Source: Amoebophrya sp. A120 (Eukaryota > Protista > Dinoflagellata). From it: a stretch of DNA of 64,000 bases. The position numbers were made by a program, and so were the translations under genes. Location of the stretch: assembly GCA_905178155.1 (NCBI GenBank), contig CAJINV010000005.1, positions 3,947,556 through 4,011,555 on the forward strand. Direction: 5' to 3'. This document shows, piece by piece, positions 37,038-49,500 of this stretch. The notes beneath the pieces were generated by a model. It saw only the letters and a list, made by a program, of their open reading frames with translations. It had not been told where the DNA came from and did no database searches. The number at the start of each line of letters is the position of its first letter. Position 1 is the first letter of the stretch.

Positions 37038-38435
37038 TTAGTAGCACGCCAGGATTTGTTTTGCTCTGGCGACATTGGCATCTCGATGCGAACTAGATCG
37101 CAGGTCGATGTAGTACCTAGTTTGCTCTTGCTGTCGCAGCTTCGCGTGACTGTGTCGCGGCCACGACAGAGGAGGGTGGACAGTGAAGAAACGCTTTAAT
37201 TCAACTGTGGCGGCGCTGCCGCCGCCAGCAGACACCGCATTTACTAGTTCTTTTTCATTTTCCCGAGAGCGCAAGTAATTCTCAGCCACACTTTTGGGAA
37301 ATATGAAGATCCCGACGACAGGGCGTTCTGGTAGCGACGGGTCGAAATGGATTGCGCACACGAAATCCAACCGGCGAAGTTCTTCCATGGTCAGGGAGCG
37401 CTCTCGCGGACCTCCAATGCCAACAGCCATCTCGAGATATGTGTGCTGCTTGTAGTTGGTGTGGCCGGTGATTGTGCGGTGCAGGATACGGCGCGTCCCA
37501 ATCCGGCTGTTGTGCACTGCGTACTCCTCTTGCCCCAACAAAAATTCAACGAAGAATCCACAATGGGTGTAAAGCTTGTCTTGCACATCTAACATGTAGT
37601 GATACAAACACGCGGAGCGGGCTTCCGCGCCTGTGAGGGAGTGCAACCAGAAGCGCCTCGGGTATGCCGATGAAGAATTCCACTTTTGTTCCAGCTCCGC
37701 GATAACTTCTGTTGGCGATACCTTATCGTGATCGAAGAGCTTGACGTCAGTTGGACCAGATTCAAGTGCTTTCCCGGATAACGAAAGGATGACATCGCGG
37801 TGTGGGACTGCACAAAATGCGGGTAGGTCCCGTTTATTCCGGCAGTGGTTCACTCTATAGAGCAGGTTCCCGTCCTTATCGATTGTGTCACGTTGAGTTG
37901 TACGCAAATGCAGTGCTTGCCACATATCGATGCTACCCGGCTGGGAACTGCAAAATTGAGTTTGATGAAATCGAAAAAGCATGATGCCTCCAACTACGAA
38001 AGGCATTCCAGTGAACTCGAGCCGCTTCTCTATTCGACAGATGCTTTCTGCGAAGTATTTAGCGGCAACTGCCCGGAAGAAAAATGAATTCCGACCAGTT
38101 TCTCGGGAGGGTCCGTGCCTTGGTGTTTTCGTGTGAGTCTCCTGTGGCGGCGACACAATTTTCTTAGGAACAGCAACATCCGTCGACAGCGCGGCAGCTG
38201 TAGAAGAGTGTCTTCGTGGAGAGTAGCGAGATGCAATCTTAAAATGGTAACTATGCTGATAGTTTTGAATAGGGCGGCGAAGCCACATCAGCAATGTGCG
38301 CGATTCGTGTAAGGCCCACAGACGATTCCCTCGAGTTTCCGGCTTCGATCGAACCGCGGACCAACGCACGCGCCCCAGGTCCTTCCCGGCACCCGTCACT
38401 AGTACGGTCTTTCCGCTGCACAAGCTAGACTGCAT
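37038..38435 (-). CDS. Hypothetical protein with a MepB-like (PD-(D/E)XK-fold-like) C-terminal pattern
   Basis: LDFVCAI...GIFIFPKSV...RFFTVHPP.SWP..HAKLRQQEQTRYYIDL. The true start is probably downstream of the duplicated SDR fragment. Confidence 0.5.
   Translation of the reverse strand: MQSSLCSGKTVLVTGAGKDLGRVRWSAVRSKPETRGNRLWALHESRTLLMWLRRPIQNYQHSYHFKIASRYSPRRHSSTAAALSTDVAVPKKIVSPPQETHTKTPRHGPSRETGRNSFFFRAVAAKYFAESICRIEKRLEFTGMPFVVGGIMLFRFHQTQFCSSQPGSIDMWQALHLRTTQRDTIDKDGNLLYRVNHCRNKRDLPAFCAVPHRDVILSLSGKALESGPTDVKLFDHDKVSPTEVIAELEQKWNSSSAYPRRFWLHSLTGAEARSACLYHYMLDVQDKLYTHCGFFVEFLLGQEEYAVHNSRIGTRRILHRTITGHTNYKQHTYLEMAVGIGGPRERSLTMEELRRLDFVCAIHFDPSLPERPVVGIFIFPKSVAENYLRSRENEKELVNAVSAGGGSAATVELKRFFTVHPPLSWPRHSHAKLRQQEQTRYYIDLRSSSHRDANVARAKQILACY
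38359..38417 (-). pseudogene. Duplicated 5' fragment of the DCXR-like gene
   Basis: Matches 36674-36725 (SGKT.LVTGAGK.LGR) with substitutions and a 2-nt insertion. Confidence 0.75.
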
Positions 38436-39121
38436 ACTGCCTATGGGGAATCAAGTAATCTTCTGTGATAAATCTGTGCATCCGCATCGTGCATTGATGC
38501 TTGTCGAAATAGCAGACCACCGAGACGAGATCTTCACCATGCAGTACTAGAATTTCTCTCACTTCGAAAGGCTCCGCTCTCGTAAAAATATCATAAGGAC
38601 TGCACTATTGGCCGGGTGGCAAGCACCAAACAGGAACTCGCAGATGAGCCAGGTGGCTCGCTCGTCCTACCGGTTCTATACACCGTGCGCTACGGGTTCG
38701 CCACACGCCCGGAGTTTCAGGGCCTTAGCGGGAGCTTTGTCAAATTGAAATAATCAGACTCAGTATATTACGTTTCTGTATTTTCAACAAACGACACGTG
38801 CCGCGCTATGCACGTGGAGGAAGTGGCACCAGCTTCCAAAGTATTTCTAGAAAATTTTGCAAACAACAGCTTTTATAATTTCCACACGGGCACGAGCCAA
38901 AACTCGTACGATGATTCTACACTTTAGTCTTCCCCGCCCTTTGGTCACGCGGACGAAGGTTTCCCAAGGTGGAAAGATAGATATGAAACACACTCTCTAC
39001 TTCTATAGTTACAAACTGATTTTCAATTTCATTTTCGATAAAAAGGAGGGGTACATTTACTCAGGCTTAGTCCAGACAATCACAAATTGCATTTTGGAGT
39101 CCCTTGCATGTCCCTGTCACT

Positions 39122-40533
39122 CTACCCTATCGGAGATGTTGCAACTTCATCGCCCTCTGCCACTGCGTCAAGCATCGGCACGCTTGGGCCGGCGTCGGAA
39201 GTGCCTGTGGTGCGGCGGTTCCTCAGAGCTAGCCTGGGCGCCCCGTGTCGCGGCGAATTTTGTCGTGCCGGCGGTAAAGCTAGTGTGGTAGGAGGGGTCG
39301 GGCCACTGCTGCTGCTGCTGCTCGCCAAGGCACTGCCGTCGAAGACCGAAGTCGTGGGCGCTTGTGGTGGCAGAAATATCGCAGCGGCCTCGTGTCTTGC
39401 TTCTTCACGAAGGAAACGTTCCGGCTGCGCGCTATACGGAATCTCCTGATCCAGTGGTCCTACGCTTGTGTAGACGGAGGGTGTCGTCCGAGGGCTGAGA
39501 AATCCTAGTCCCGCGGCATTTCGACTACCGGGCGGAGAACCGAATGACGCCGCAGGGCTGATAGTAAAGGCAATTCGTTCTTATACTTAATACTTTACAA
39601 AGCTACGAATCGCAGGCGTTTGGGCATCGGCAAACTCCCTTGAAATATAAATATATGATCTGATGCTACAAACACAAAGTAGCGGAGTATAGGTTTGTGA
39701 AAATTAGGCATGAAGCACCGAGCAACTCCATCTAGACTTTGACACGCTTTTTTTGCAGCAGCACAGCCTTCTTTCTATCTTAACTAACAGAGTCAAAAAG
39801 TAGAAGGTGTCAGCACTTACCCGAAGGGCAGCTGTGGCTGTGCGTCCTGACTTTGCGGCAAAACTGAGTACAAAAAAGGCTGCTGTAGTTGCTGCCCGGT
39901 CGTCGCTTCGACGGGCGCACTGTACACGTAGTTGCTGCCGGCTCCGTAGCCGTAGACTGCCGACCCATCGGTAGCATACGCGTTTCGCCCCCGTTGCGGC
40001 GCGGCGCTGGCGTTTTCGAGGAACTGCGACGGTCCTCCGGTGCGACGTCCCAGATGTACTACGTCGGGGCTGCCCTCTCCCGACTGGGGCGCCTCGGCAT
40101 CGGTCTGCTGGAAAAGCGGTGCCCGAGGAACGGGAAGGTCGCCCGTGCCTTCGCGGGTGCTGCTGGGGGACCGAAGGTGATGGTGCAGGGCGTTATCCTG
40201 CGGTCGGTCGTGGAAAGGCATGCGGGGTGCAAATAGTCCACCGCTCGCCGAGGGTGCCGAGCCCGAAGCGAGGGCGAGAGCGCCGGAGGCGCTCAGCCGC
40301 GAATTGCTGCTCAGGCTGTTGTATGCATTGCAAAAGTATCGTACTAGTATAAAGCGCAATACAAATTTTTCCAGAAGGAAAAACGGAATTTGTAATGCTG
40401 ATTTCGCTAAGAAACAAGATTTGTCACGCATGATTGCAATTAGTACGAGTACGATACTTTTGCACAGGATATGTTGCTAGAATCCGCCAGGTCCTCCCGA
40501 CCAAGGAGCATAACGGAAAAACAACGTGTTCAT
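39122..40533 (-). CDS. Low-complexity S/P/A-rich hypothetical protein, multi-exon
   Basis: ORFs 39817-40321 and 39122-39560. The frame continues across introner 40322-40471 (ADSSN|SLSS). Ends uncertain. Confidence 0.45.
40322..40471. mobile_element. Introner family D
   Basis: TATGCATTGCAAAAGTATCGTACT ... AGTACGATACTTTTGCACAGGATA; TSD TGTTG. Confidence 0.92.
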
Positions 40534-41028
40534 GATGCGCTCACAGACGTTCATATTTGTATTTCATCATCTCTAATGGTGTTCATAGAAAAAGTTGATG
40601 CGTTTATGCTCATCAGGACGAGATCAACGAGTTCATCGTCTAGAACTATCTCGTTTCCGAAGTACGCGGAACTGCAGAACCGCCAGCCACTTCTTCTAAA
40701 TTTCGCATGCAATCCGATTGCACGGTGAGCACATCAGGAATCGGCTTCCGTCTCGTTTCCTAAAGAGGTACCTCGTCGTAAGCGACAGCCGATCGTGCAA
40801 CCTGCGGTACCGGCACTCGTGCAAAATCCACACGGTGCTTGACACAACAGTGCCGATGAGAATAACGCTCGCGTAGCAACGGTTTATCAAAACCCCGGGG
40901 TCAACCTGATGTCGATTTGCGCTTGCTGTCTTCCTTTCGAGATACAAAGACAAACACAATGGCATGTCCGAAGTACAACTCTGAGCTAGAATGGAATGTC
41001 CACTCGCTCCTGCATCTTCCTACCTGAT

Positions 41029-42837
41029 TTACTTTTCTAGTTCAACATCATATTTCGCCGAAGAAAGCAACTGAAGGAGTACGCTTTTTTTTCGAAAATT
41101 ATAACCGAAGACCACCATCGGGCCGATAAGTACCTCCACGCGGAGGCACAGCTGCTGGTCGTTGGGATTTGGATTGTTCAGGTGCGCATCCCGGATTTCG
41201 TTTTTCGCCACGGTTTCCGGTGACAAACCCGGCGGAACCGCCATGAACGTGGTCGTTGTAGTTCCGTTGTCGACGAGGTCCTTTTGCTCTTCTGCGTTTT
41301 TGTTCATGTAAAAGATGACCACGTCGGTGGTTCCCAGCGAGTGAAACGCGGGCGACGTCAGGCCGGTGAAGAGTCCCACATACCCGACCGACAGGCGGAA
41401 CAGTTCGTCTTCCGCGTGTAATCCCGTGATCTTGCCCTCCTCCATCGCCTTCAGCCGTTCCAGCATGGGCATGAGGAACAGCTCCAGATCGGCCACGGAG
41501 ATCTGCAGCTGCTGGAATTCGGACAACCGGTCCCGCGTCTGCGCGAACAGGGGCGCGAACGCCGACAGAGTGCCCAGCACCTTCCGACTCAGCCGGGCGC
41601 CGGACAGGCCCTGACTCAGCATGCGGCGGATCACGGGGACCGGGAAGCAGGGCCCGATGTGCACCCCGGAAGTGGTGTCTTGCTCGTCGTTGGCCCCCGG
41701 GAGACTGAACCCCGTCCAGCTGGCCTCGCCCCCCTCCCGGTCGTCGAGCCGCTTCAGCAACTCCCCGATGTGCTTCTCCAAGTCCTTCAGCTGCGCCGCC
41801 TGCTCCGCGGAAAACTGCCGATCGTTCACAGCTTCCGCGTACTTGTCCGTCGTGGTCGTGCTGGTGGTGGAAGTTCTGGTTCGTGTCGTTGTCGTTTGTG
41901 TCCGCGTTTCCGTTTCAGTTCCAGTTTTTCTAGTTGCTGACTTCGACACTGCCGTCTTGGTAACCTCCTCATGATCTCCTACTGCTTCATGGGAGCCTGA
42001 TGTTAAACTCCCATTAGTGTTTTGGGACACAGTATTGGAAGAAGCAAGGTGGTGGTTGTCGCTTCCTGCTTCCGCGTCGTCGCGAGGGGCGTTTTCACCG
42101 TTTGCCTGTTCATCGTCCCCGGTACTACTGGCGGCAACCTTGCTTGGGGAGGCCACCGTCGGCGCACTTGTGCTAGGCTTTCGAACCGATGTCGTTCTAG
42201 TAGTGGCAAAAGCAGCAGCGGGGGCTTTCCCGCGACGCTTCGGACGGTTCGCGGAAGCGGACGAGTGAGGTTTTTCATCTTCGCCTCCTGGCCCTTCGTT
42301 TTCGATTGCTCTGTCAAGCTCTGCTGGCAGCAGCGTCGTGGTCTCGGTGGATGGATCTGAGCCATGAAAGTTCGCAGGTTGCTGCTCGGCGAGAGATAGT
42401 GACGCGAAGCTCTCGGAGACCGACGAGAGTGCAGAGTCGCCGAGTGCGACAACATTGATGCGCGGCACGGGATCTTGAGGTCCACTGGCACTGGCTCCTC
42501 CTAGCGGCACAGAGAGGAGGAAGCAAACCGCTGCAGGAAGCAGAGTTTTTTTCGGCCTCCTGAAAAACCTCGAAAGCGGCTTTGCTTTATTTCGACTTCC
42601 TGCAGCTCCACTGCGACATGAAGGCTGTGTCACGGCGAGCCTGTCATAGCTTTTGTCGCGGCTGCTGCCCGGGTCGTTTTGGGAAACATCAACCAGGTCG
42701 GTGTTGCTCGGTCGTGACGCTACGGCGTCGACAGCTAACCCCGGGCCTGCGACGCAGATGCAAGTCCAATGCTCCAGTAAGGAGGCGAACAAGCAGAGCA
42801 AATGCAATCTAAGGAGCGATTTCAGGGCTGGCGTCAT
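41029..42837 (-). CDS. Intronless 602-aa secreted/membrane protein with a T/S-rich mucin-like stretch
   Basis: Signal-peptide-like N-terminus, second hydrophobic segment, poly-T tract and globular C-terminus. Confidence 0.65.
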   Translation of the reverse strand: MTPALKSLLRLHLLCLFASLLEHWTCICVAGPGLAVDAVASRPSNTDLVDVSQNDPGSSRDKSYDRLAVTQPSCRSGAAGSRNKAKPLSRFFRRPKKTLLPAAVCFLLSVPLGGASASGPQDPVPRINVVALGDSALSSVSESFASLSLAEQQPANFHGSDPSTETTTLLPAELDRAIENEGPGGEDEKPHSSASANRPKRRGKAPAAAFATTRTTSVRKPSTSAPTVASPSKVAASSTGDDEQANGENAPRDDAEAGSDNHHLASSNTVSQNTNGSLTSGSHEAVGDHEEVTKTAVSKSATRKTGTETETRTQTTTTRTRTSTTSTTTTDKYAEAVNDRQFSAEQAAQLKDLEKHIGELLKRLDDREGGEASWTGFSLPGANDEQDTTSGVHIGPCFPVPVIRRMLSQGLSGARLSRKVLGTLSAFAPLFAQTRDRLSEFQQLQISVADLELFLMPMLERLKAMEEGKITGLHAEDELFRLSVGYVGLFTGLTSPAFHSLGTTDVVIFYMNKNAEEQKDLVDNGTTTTTFMAVPPGLSPETVAKNEIRDAHLNNPNPNDQQLCLRVEVLIGPMVVFGYNFRKKSVLLQLLSSAKYDVELEK

Positions 42838-43549
42838 TCCCGGTATCTAAATGGGAGACTAGTTTCTCACGCCACCGTCGCCGTGCCACCCGAATGAGAC
42901 AAAAATATATGGAACTTGAGCGGGATCGTCGTTTTTCTTTGTGATCCCTCACTTGCGCGGCGTCTACTACCTTTTACATCGCACTTGACGGAAAGGGAAA
43001 ACACCCACGAAAACGAATGCAATCTGAGGTGAATTCAAGATGAGGGGTATTAGATAAAAAAACGAAAAGGAAAAGACTACGCACAAATACGCAATAGGGA
43101 ATACGAACGAAGGAGGCTCTGCAAGAAGGCCCACCGAGTGAATGAAGAAGGAAGAAAATCCAGTACTATCGCAGAACAACAAAAGAAAAGGCTCTTCTTT
43201 CGAAGCACATTATCAACTATCATGGGTTGTTTTTGTCTCTATATTTCTCTTGTTTTTTTATTGTATTTGTACAACACGGTGTGCAACGACAACATTCAAA
43301 AACAAAGTAAAACAATTCTCGTCTATCACCACATGCGTGGTTGCTAGGAAACCCCTCGTTCATTGAATGTGAATCTAGATCACTTTGTCGAATAGAATTC
43401 AATTTACGATTTTTCTCGTTCATTGTACAAAAAAAAAGCTCAGAGCTCTCCTCGGAAAGATGTTGCTTGTCAAATCAAAGTTTCGTTTCTGAATTCGAAG
43501 TTCGAATATCAGTTTGTCAAATCAAAGTTTCATTTCAGCATCAGACCGC

Positions 43550-46500
43550 GCTCCTGAAAGCGGAGGCTTGTTCGTTCTATTCGTGATTTTGGTAGTAATA
43601 AAATGTCATACATTTTGGTGTAGCGAAAAACAGAAGATTAATATACGGCCTATAGGAGGAGCGAGAAGATGCCGACGCTGCAAGATGTCTCACAGGAGGC
43701 AATAACAAAGTTTCATCCTATTTTTTGCCTCTGCCAGAAGCAGTGCCCCCTGTCTTGGTAGTGATTTGGACCAACTTTTTATCGGCCAAGAAAATCGAAA
43801 AAAAATCCGGTGGCGCGGCGAAACTGTAGAGGCCAGAGCCAACCAACGTAAGGGGGGCGATTCCCGATTCCCGAATTTTGCATTGCTCAAAATCGATTTT
43901 GCATTCCCGCAGACGCGGATTTCACAAAATCGATTTTGCATTGCACGAAACCGAATCCCGCAAAATCGATTTTGCATTGCACAAAATCGATTTTGTATTG
44001 CACAGCATCGATTTTGCGTTGCACAAAACCGAATCCCGATTTTGCAGTGCACAAAATCGATTTTGCATTGCACAAAACCGAAAGCAGCAAAATCGATCTT
44101 GCATTGCACAGAAACGATTTTGCATTGCACAAAACCGAATCCCGATTTTGCATTGCACAAAATGGATTCTGCATTCCCGCAGACGCGGATTGCACAAAAT
44201 CGATTTTGCATTGCACAAAACCGAATCCCGCAAAATCGATTTTGCATTGCACAAAATCGATCTTGCATTGCACAAAATCGATTTTGCACTGCACAAAATC
44301 GATTTTGCTCTGCACAAAACCGAATCCCGATTCTGCATTGCACAAAACCGAATCCCGCAAAATCGATTTTGCATTGCACAAAATCGATTTTGCATGGCAC
44401 ACAACGCAGATTGCACAAAATCGAAGCCGCAGACGCGGATTGCACAAAACCCCTCCTCCAGACGCGCAATCCCGCAGATTGCACAAAATCGATTTTCCAT
44501 TCCCCCAGAACGCAGCGCCGACCACAAGGCCGGTTTTGAGCTGACCACAGGTGGTTCGATGTTGTGGGTCGCGCAAGGGCTGTTGAAGGCCACACAATCG
44601 CCCGACCACACAAAATCGATTTCGCAGCTTCCCAGGTCCGACAGAATCGAGCGGCCGCGTGGCTCAATATCGAGGCGGTGCGCCACGCAATCCGCCGGGC
44701 CGACGGACTAGGGGGGAGAGCTTCCAGCTATGCGCTTTAGCGGATCTCCCACAAAATCGATTTTGTGCGTCCGCCCTTTCTTCGCGGATGCAGTCTCCCA
44801 CGCCAATGCCTTACCAACCCCCGTCCCAGCCCGCGCCCTCAGAGGTACGGGCAACGGGCCCTACCGGCCACAAAGTCGATTCTGCAACCCCTCAACCCTA
44901 TGGACAACGTCGGCACCTTGCCGGACATTAGATTTTCCGGAGAGATCTGGACTTCCGGAAAGATCTCGGGAGATCGCTGCGGTCCGGATTTTCCGACTTC
45001 CGGAAAATAGAGCTTCCGAGAAAATAGCAGAAAATCGATTTTGTGCCTCCATTACTATTCAATAGTAGCGAGATCGGACTAAACCTGGTCCATACCATCG
45101 GCGGAGGCAGTTGCTTACTATCCAGTTGGTAAGCTGCTGCCAAAAATCCAAAAAAAATCCGAAGGCAGTCGCGCTCGAGGTGTCGCGCGCAAAAATCCGC
45201 GTTGTTTTGTGTTGCGTCCCGAGCAAAATAATAATTACTATTGAATAGTAACCAACTGCCTCCGCCGATGGTATGGACCAGGTTTGGTCCGTCTCCGTTA
45301 CTATTGAATAGTAACTCGCGCGCACTTTTGGCGCATTTTTGGCGCACACTCGGGCGCACTTTTGGCACACAGAAAATCGACTTTGAAGCGCCTCCGAATC
45401 TCTTGAAAGTGCAAGCGTTCGGATTTTTGGCAGCAGATTACCAACTGGATAGTAAGCAACTGCCTCCGCCGATGGTATGGACCAGGTTTGGTCCGTTCTC
45501 CTTAGCAATGAAGCAGAAAATCGATTTTCCGAGTCGATTTTCGATTTCGAGGACTTGCTGATGTCCCGATCTCGATTTTCGATTTCGGAAAATTCCGGAT
45601 TTTTCGCAAACTCCGGACTTTTCGAAATTTCCGGAATTTCCGGAACCCGGAAAATCGATTTTTCGGCAGTCCCGGAAAGTCCAAGCAACGCGCGGACTTC
45701 CGGAAAACTTGCTCCTCTGGATTTTCAGGAAGTTGGAAAATCGATTTTGGCAAACAGCCGGACAGCCACCTGCCTTACCCACATAGCAGGCCCGCGCCAC
45801 CTCTTTTGCCCGCACCACCACTGACGCGGACATCGCACAAGGAGCGGTCCAACAAAATCGATTTTGCACGCCTCGGGTGATTGAACCCGCAGACGATTCT
45901 GCGAGCCTGAAATAACTAAAATCCCCGACTCTGCGCCCCATCAAGCGCCCAGCGGCTGTCGAGGACTGAGCCGCGGCACCCACCGAGGGCTGTCTGTTTA
46001 CAAAATCGATTTTGCGACCCCCGCGCCAGCCGAGAGCCTGTTCCTGGCGCCTCTACGGAGCTCAGAACACGCAGACGGGGCCCATGCCGCTCCCGCGGCT
46101 TTTCAGAACTTGGGCCCGGATGTAAGTCACAAGCTCGGGCGTTTTTCATTGCTTTCTACGCTGGGCCAACGCGATGAATGTGCGGAACTTCATCGGGGCG
46201 CAAGTTCTGGAATTCGCGATCATCCCTAAGCCTGTAGCGTGCGAGCGAAACATCGATCCAAGGCGGGCAGAGGCCCGTCCTCTGCGACTTCGCCCCACGC
46301 AATCAATTTTGCAGCTTTTGCCGGATTTTCCGGCTTTTGTGTTGGTAAAATCGATTTTGCGACCACGCGCGGATTGTGTGGCCCCGCCCGAGGATAGGGC
46401 ATCTTCGAAAAGCGTGCCCGAAGGGTGCGCACAAAATCGAATCTGTCCGCGGGTACTCACAAAATCGATTTTGTGAGCACCGCCCGCCGGGCGGAACATG

Positions 46501-49500
46501 ACAACCCGGCGCCCCCAACCCGGCTGCGGGAATCTTTCTGGCAGCCCGGACGCTCCAGGGTGGGGCCTAACGCCTCAGGACACCGGCAAAAACTGCCGGG
46601 AGACCGAGTTGGCGCATTCTCGAGCTTCGAGAACGCGGGCAACCGACTTCGTTTCGCGCTACTTTGCTTCGCTTGTGGACGTTAGCAGCCGCGGCACAAA
46701 GTCGATTTTTTGCGGCGTGCCTGGATTTTTTGCGGATTTTTTTCCGATTTTCTTAACATTTTTGAAGTCGGTCCAAATCAGTACTAACCTGTCTGCGATG
46801 GTGGTACGGCGGCTTTTCGCAGGTAGTTGCGTACGATCATCTCGATGGCCAGATCATCAGGCTTTGCTTCGTTTTCTCGGGGCGTCTGATGCTTTTTTGG
46901 TTCCGTCTCAAACCGAAAAAAGTTGGGAACGGGGACGGGAGACAAGCTTTGCTTGTCACGCTCATAGCCAGGTGGCGAGGGTGTGCGGCCCATCTGGCGT
47001 ACTGCCCTGCGGTTTTGCTTCACGTAGTTCATTACTTTCTTCGGGGATGTTGATCCGGCGCTGGGTATTGTTCTCGGGGATCTTATCTTCTCCTCTCCTG
47101 GCGGCGATCTCTCGTCTTCCCGGTTGGTGATTCCAACTCTATTTTCCACCGTCGTGGATAACGTCCGCGAGGTTGTTAAGTTCATCGGGTCGTTTCGCTG
47201 AGCCTCGCCGGACTGCTCGAGAGTCGATAGTGTTGTAGTCGCTTGCAAAGGCATAGGCAGCTGCTGGTGCCCCGCGCGGCTTTGCGAGGAGGCGGACGCG
47301 GTGAGGGTTTGATCCATGGCGCCTGCAGTGCGCGAGGTCGATATTTTTCCACCACCACCGGAGGATATCGTAGCATTTAATGTTCCTGGGACGCGGCTGG
47401 GACTGCTCGTGGTACCTCCAGACGAGATAGAGCCGCCAAATTGTAGTTGTTGAAAGGTGGAACCACTGGTAGTTCCCGCAATGCGGAAGCGTGGCGCCGG
47501 GCGGCAGGGTTTTGCGTAGGGCGATGGCGAACGGTCAGGGGACCGCGACGGCGCGCGGTAGGGGGACGAAACTTCTTTGCCCGCGAACGCCTTGCCTGCG
47601 CGCCAAACCGGGGGCGGGCTTTGGGATCGCTGCACCTCCATAGACCGTTCCCGGAACCCAGCGCGCTCGGCCTCCTTCTCGGCGAGCTTTTTATGGGGGC
47701 GTCAAACTTGTATTTGCCTCAGACCGTAAAAAAATTTCTGCGCGCATTTTTTCGCGGCGGGAAGCTAGTAAACCTGTGCCCGCAAGTGAGGGGCTGACTC
47801 GAGCGCGGTTTGTTTTAGCTAGCTTGTCAGCAGCAGTGCTCTAGTAGGTAAGTGAGTATTGACGCGGAGGAGGGCGGGGCACAGAGGGTTCTTTTGTGGC
47901 TGGCGTTTTCACTTAGAAAGCGCCGGGCGCGCGCAATATTTTGCTCCATTTTCCGGATTGCTTTCTCCGTGCAGCCATTTGCCGCTATGGCCTGGGTTAG
48001 GGTGTGAGGCTGCAGACGCCCCACGAGATGTCTACACAGGCCTTGGCGTCGTCGTCTCTAGCGGGCACCACACGCATATGTTGGCCGCGAAGGCCTTTCC
48101 GGAGGCCCCCCAAAGAGGGAGGGCCGGAGGGGTGCCCGGAACCCTAAAAAAAAGGCTATCGCTTTTTCTTCGAATCACGATGGTGCTACCCCTCCCCAAA
48201 AGGGGTCCCGGAACCCCTCCGGGAAGCCTTTCCGAAAGGCTCTCGGGCTTTTCGCATTTTCAAGAACGAGCCGCAAAGGCAAAAGGCGCGCGCGCCTGCC
48301 GGAAAAAGCGCGCACGGCTGCGCGACATTAGAAACAAGCGGAAACGCAGCCGCGGCCGGTTGCGTTTGCGCCCTTGGCCCCGACCGACCTGCACAGATTG
48401 AGGCCCATTGTCTAGCGGCTGGACTGCAGGAGGACCTGCTGCAGCACCTCCAGGCTGCAGGGGCGCTCCGAGGCAAGTCCGTGGAGCAGCAGCGCCGGAT
48501 AGCTCCGACTTTAGCCACCGAGAAGTGCTGCGAAGAAGCTAGCTAGTTCATTCGGTATGCAATGTAGCGAGAGGCTATATGCGTGCAACATGATGGATAT
48601 CAAATACAAAAAAAGGCGCGCGGAAAATTTTTTACAGCTTGAGGCAAATACAACGTTGACGACCCCATACTTTTGTGGTCCGAAAAACTCTGACAGCATA
48701 TCGTGCCGTACGTCCATCATGGTCCGTGATCCATTCGGATTCAGTCCGTACTCCGCCGCATCCGGGTCTTTCGGAACTGGGAAGGCTTTCTATGAAAGTG
48801 CACAAATCTTCCCTCGTGGTCCGTCATTTGTGATGCACTACACTCCATGTAGTCGTGTAGAGTTCGTTGTCATGCGGAAGGGGAAGCTTCTCTGTTGCTT
48901 CTGTTGCTGTTGCTGTAGTAGAGGCCATGCAAATGATGGGGACGAGGGGGAATTGTGCACTCGCATACTTTCTCGTTGTCGAGGGTGGATGCGAGCTGCT
49001 TCCGCGCGTCGATGCTCATCGACTCCCAGGCCTTCTTCGGCACCGCCGGCCGTATCGAAAACAGGTCGCGCGGTGCCGGCCGGCTCTTGTGCTCCTGGTT
49101 GCGCGGCCGCATCTGGAAGGGGTCCCGCTCCACGTCTATCAGCGCGCGATGAATCTTTTTGAAAGATAGGCATAGACTCAACATTTCTGGGACGCGCAAA
49201 GACAGGTAAAGAGATCCACGATCTCGCAGAACAAGCGACATACTCGAATGCACTTGGAAATTATTATTTTCGGAATGTATCATAGTGACTGACCACTCTA
49301 CTGCGAACTGGAATATGAATCAATGCTGGCAGCTCCAGGTGGAAGCAGAATATTGCGTCTAGTTTTAATATTCTGAGTACAACTAGTTGAGTAAGTACCT
49401 TGTCGTTCGGGTTCAGCGATCCGCGTAGGTTTCGTTTGTAGAAGTAGCTCTCCGTGGCGTTCAGGTCTTTCTCGGTGACACTGTAGCCTACTACCTTCTC

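Noticed and set aside
43690-44711. Six-frame ORFs with QNRFCIA/KIDFALH repeats
   Set aside because: Artefact of a stop-free 21-bp palindromic tandem repeat.
48556-48700. Another eroded introner (TATGC...GCATA)
   Set aside because: Ends and 5-nt spacing fit, but the TSD and TIR are too decayed and the downstream exon is uncertain; not listed as a feature.
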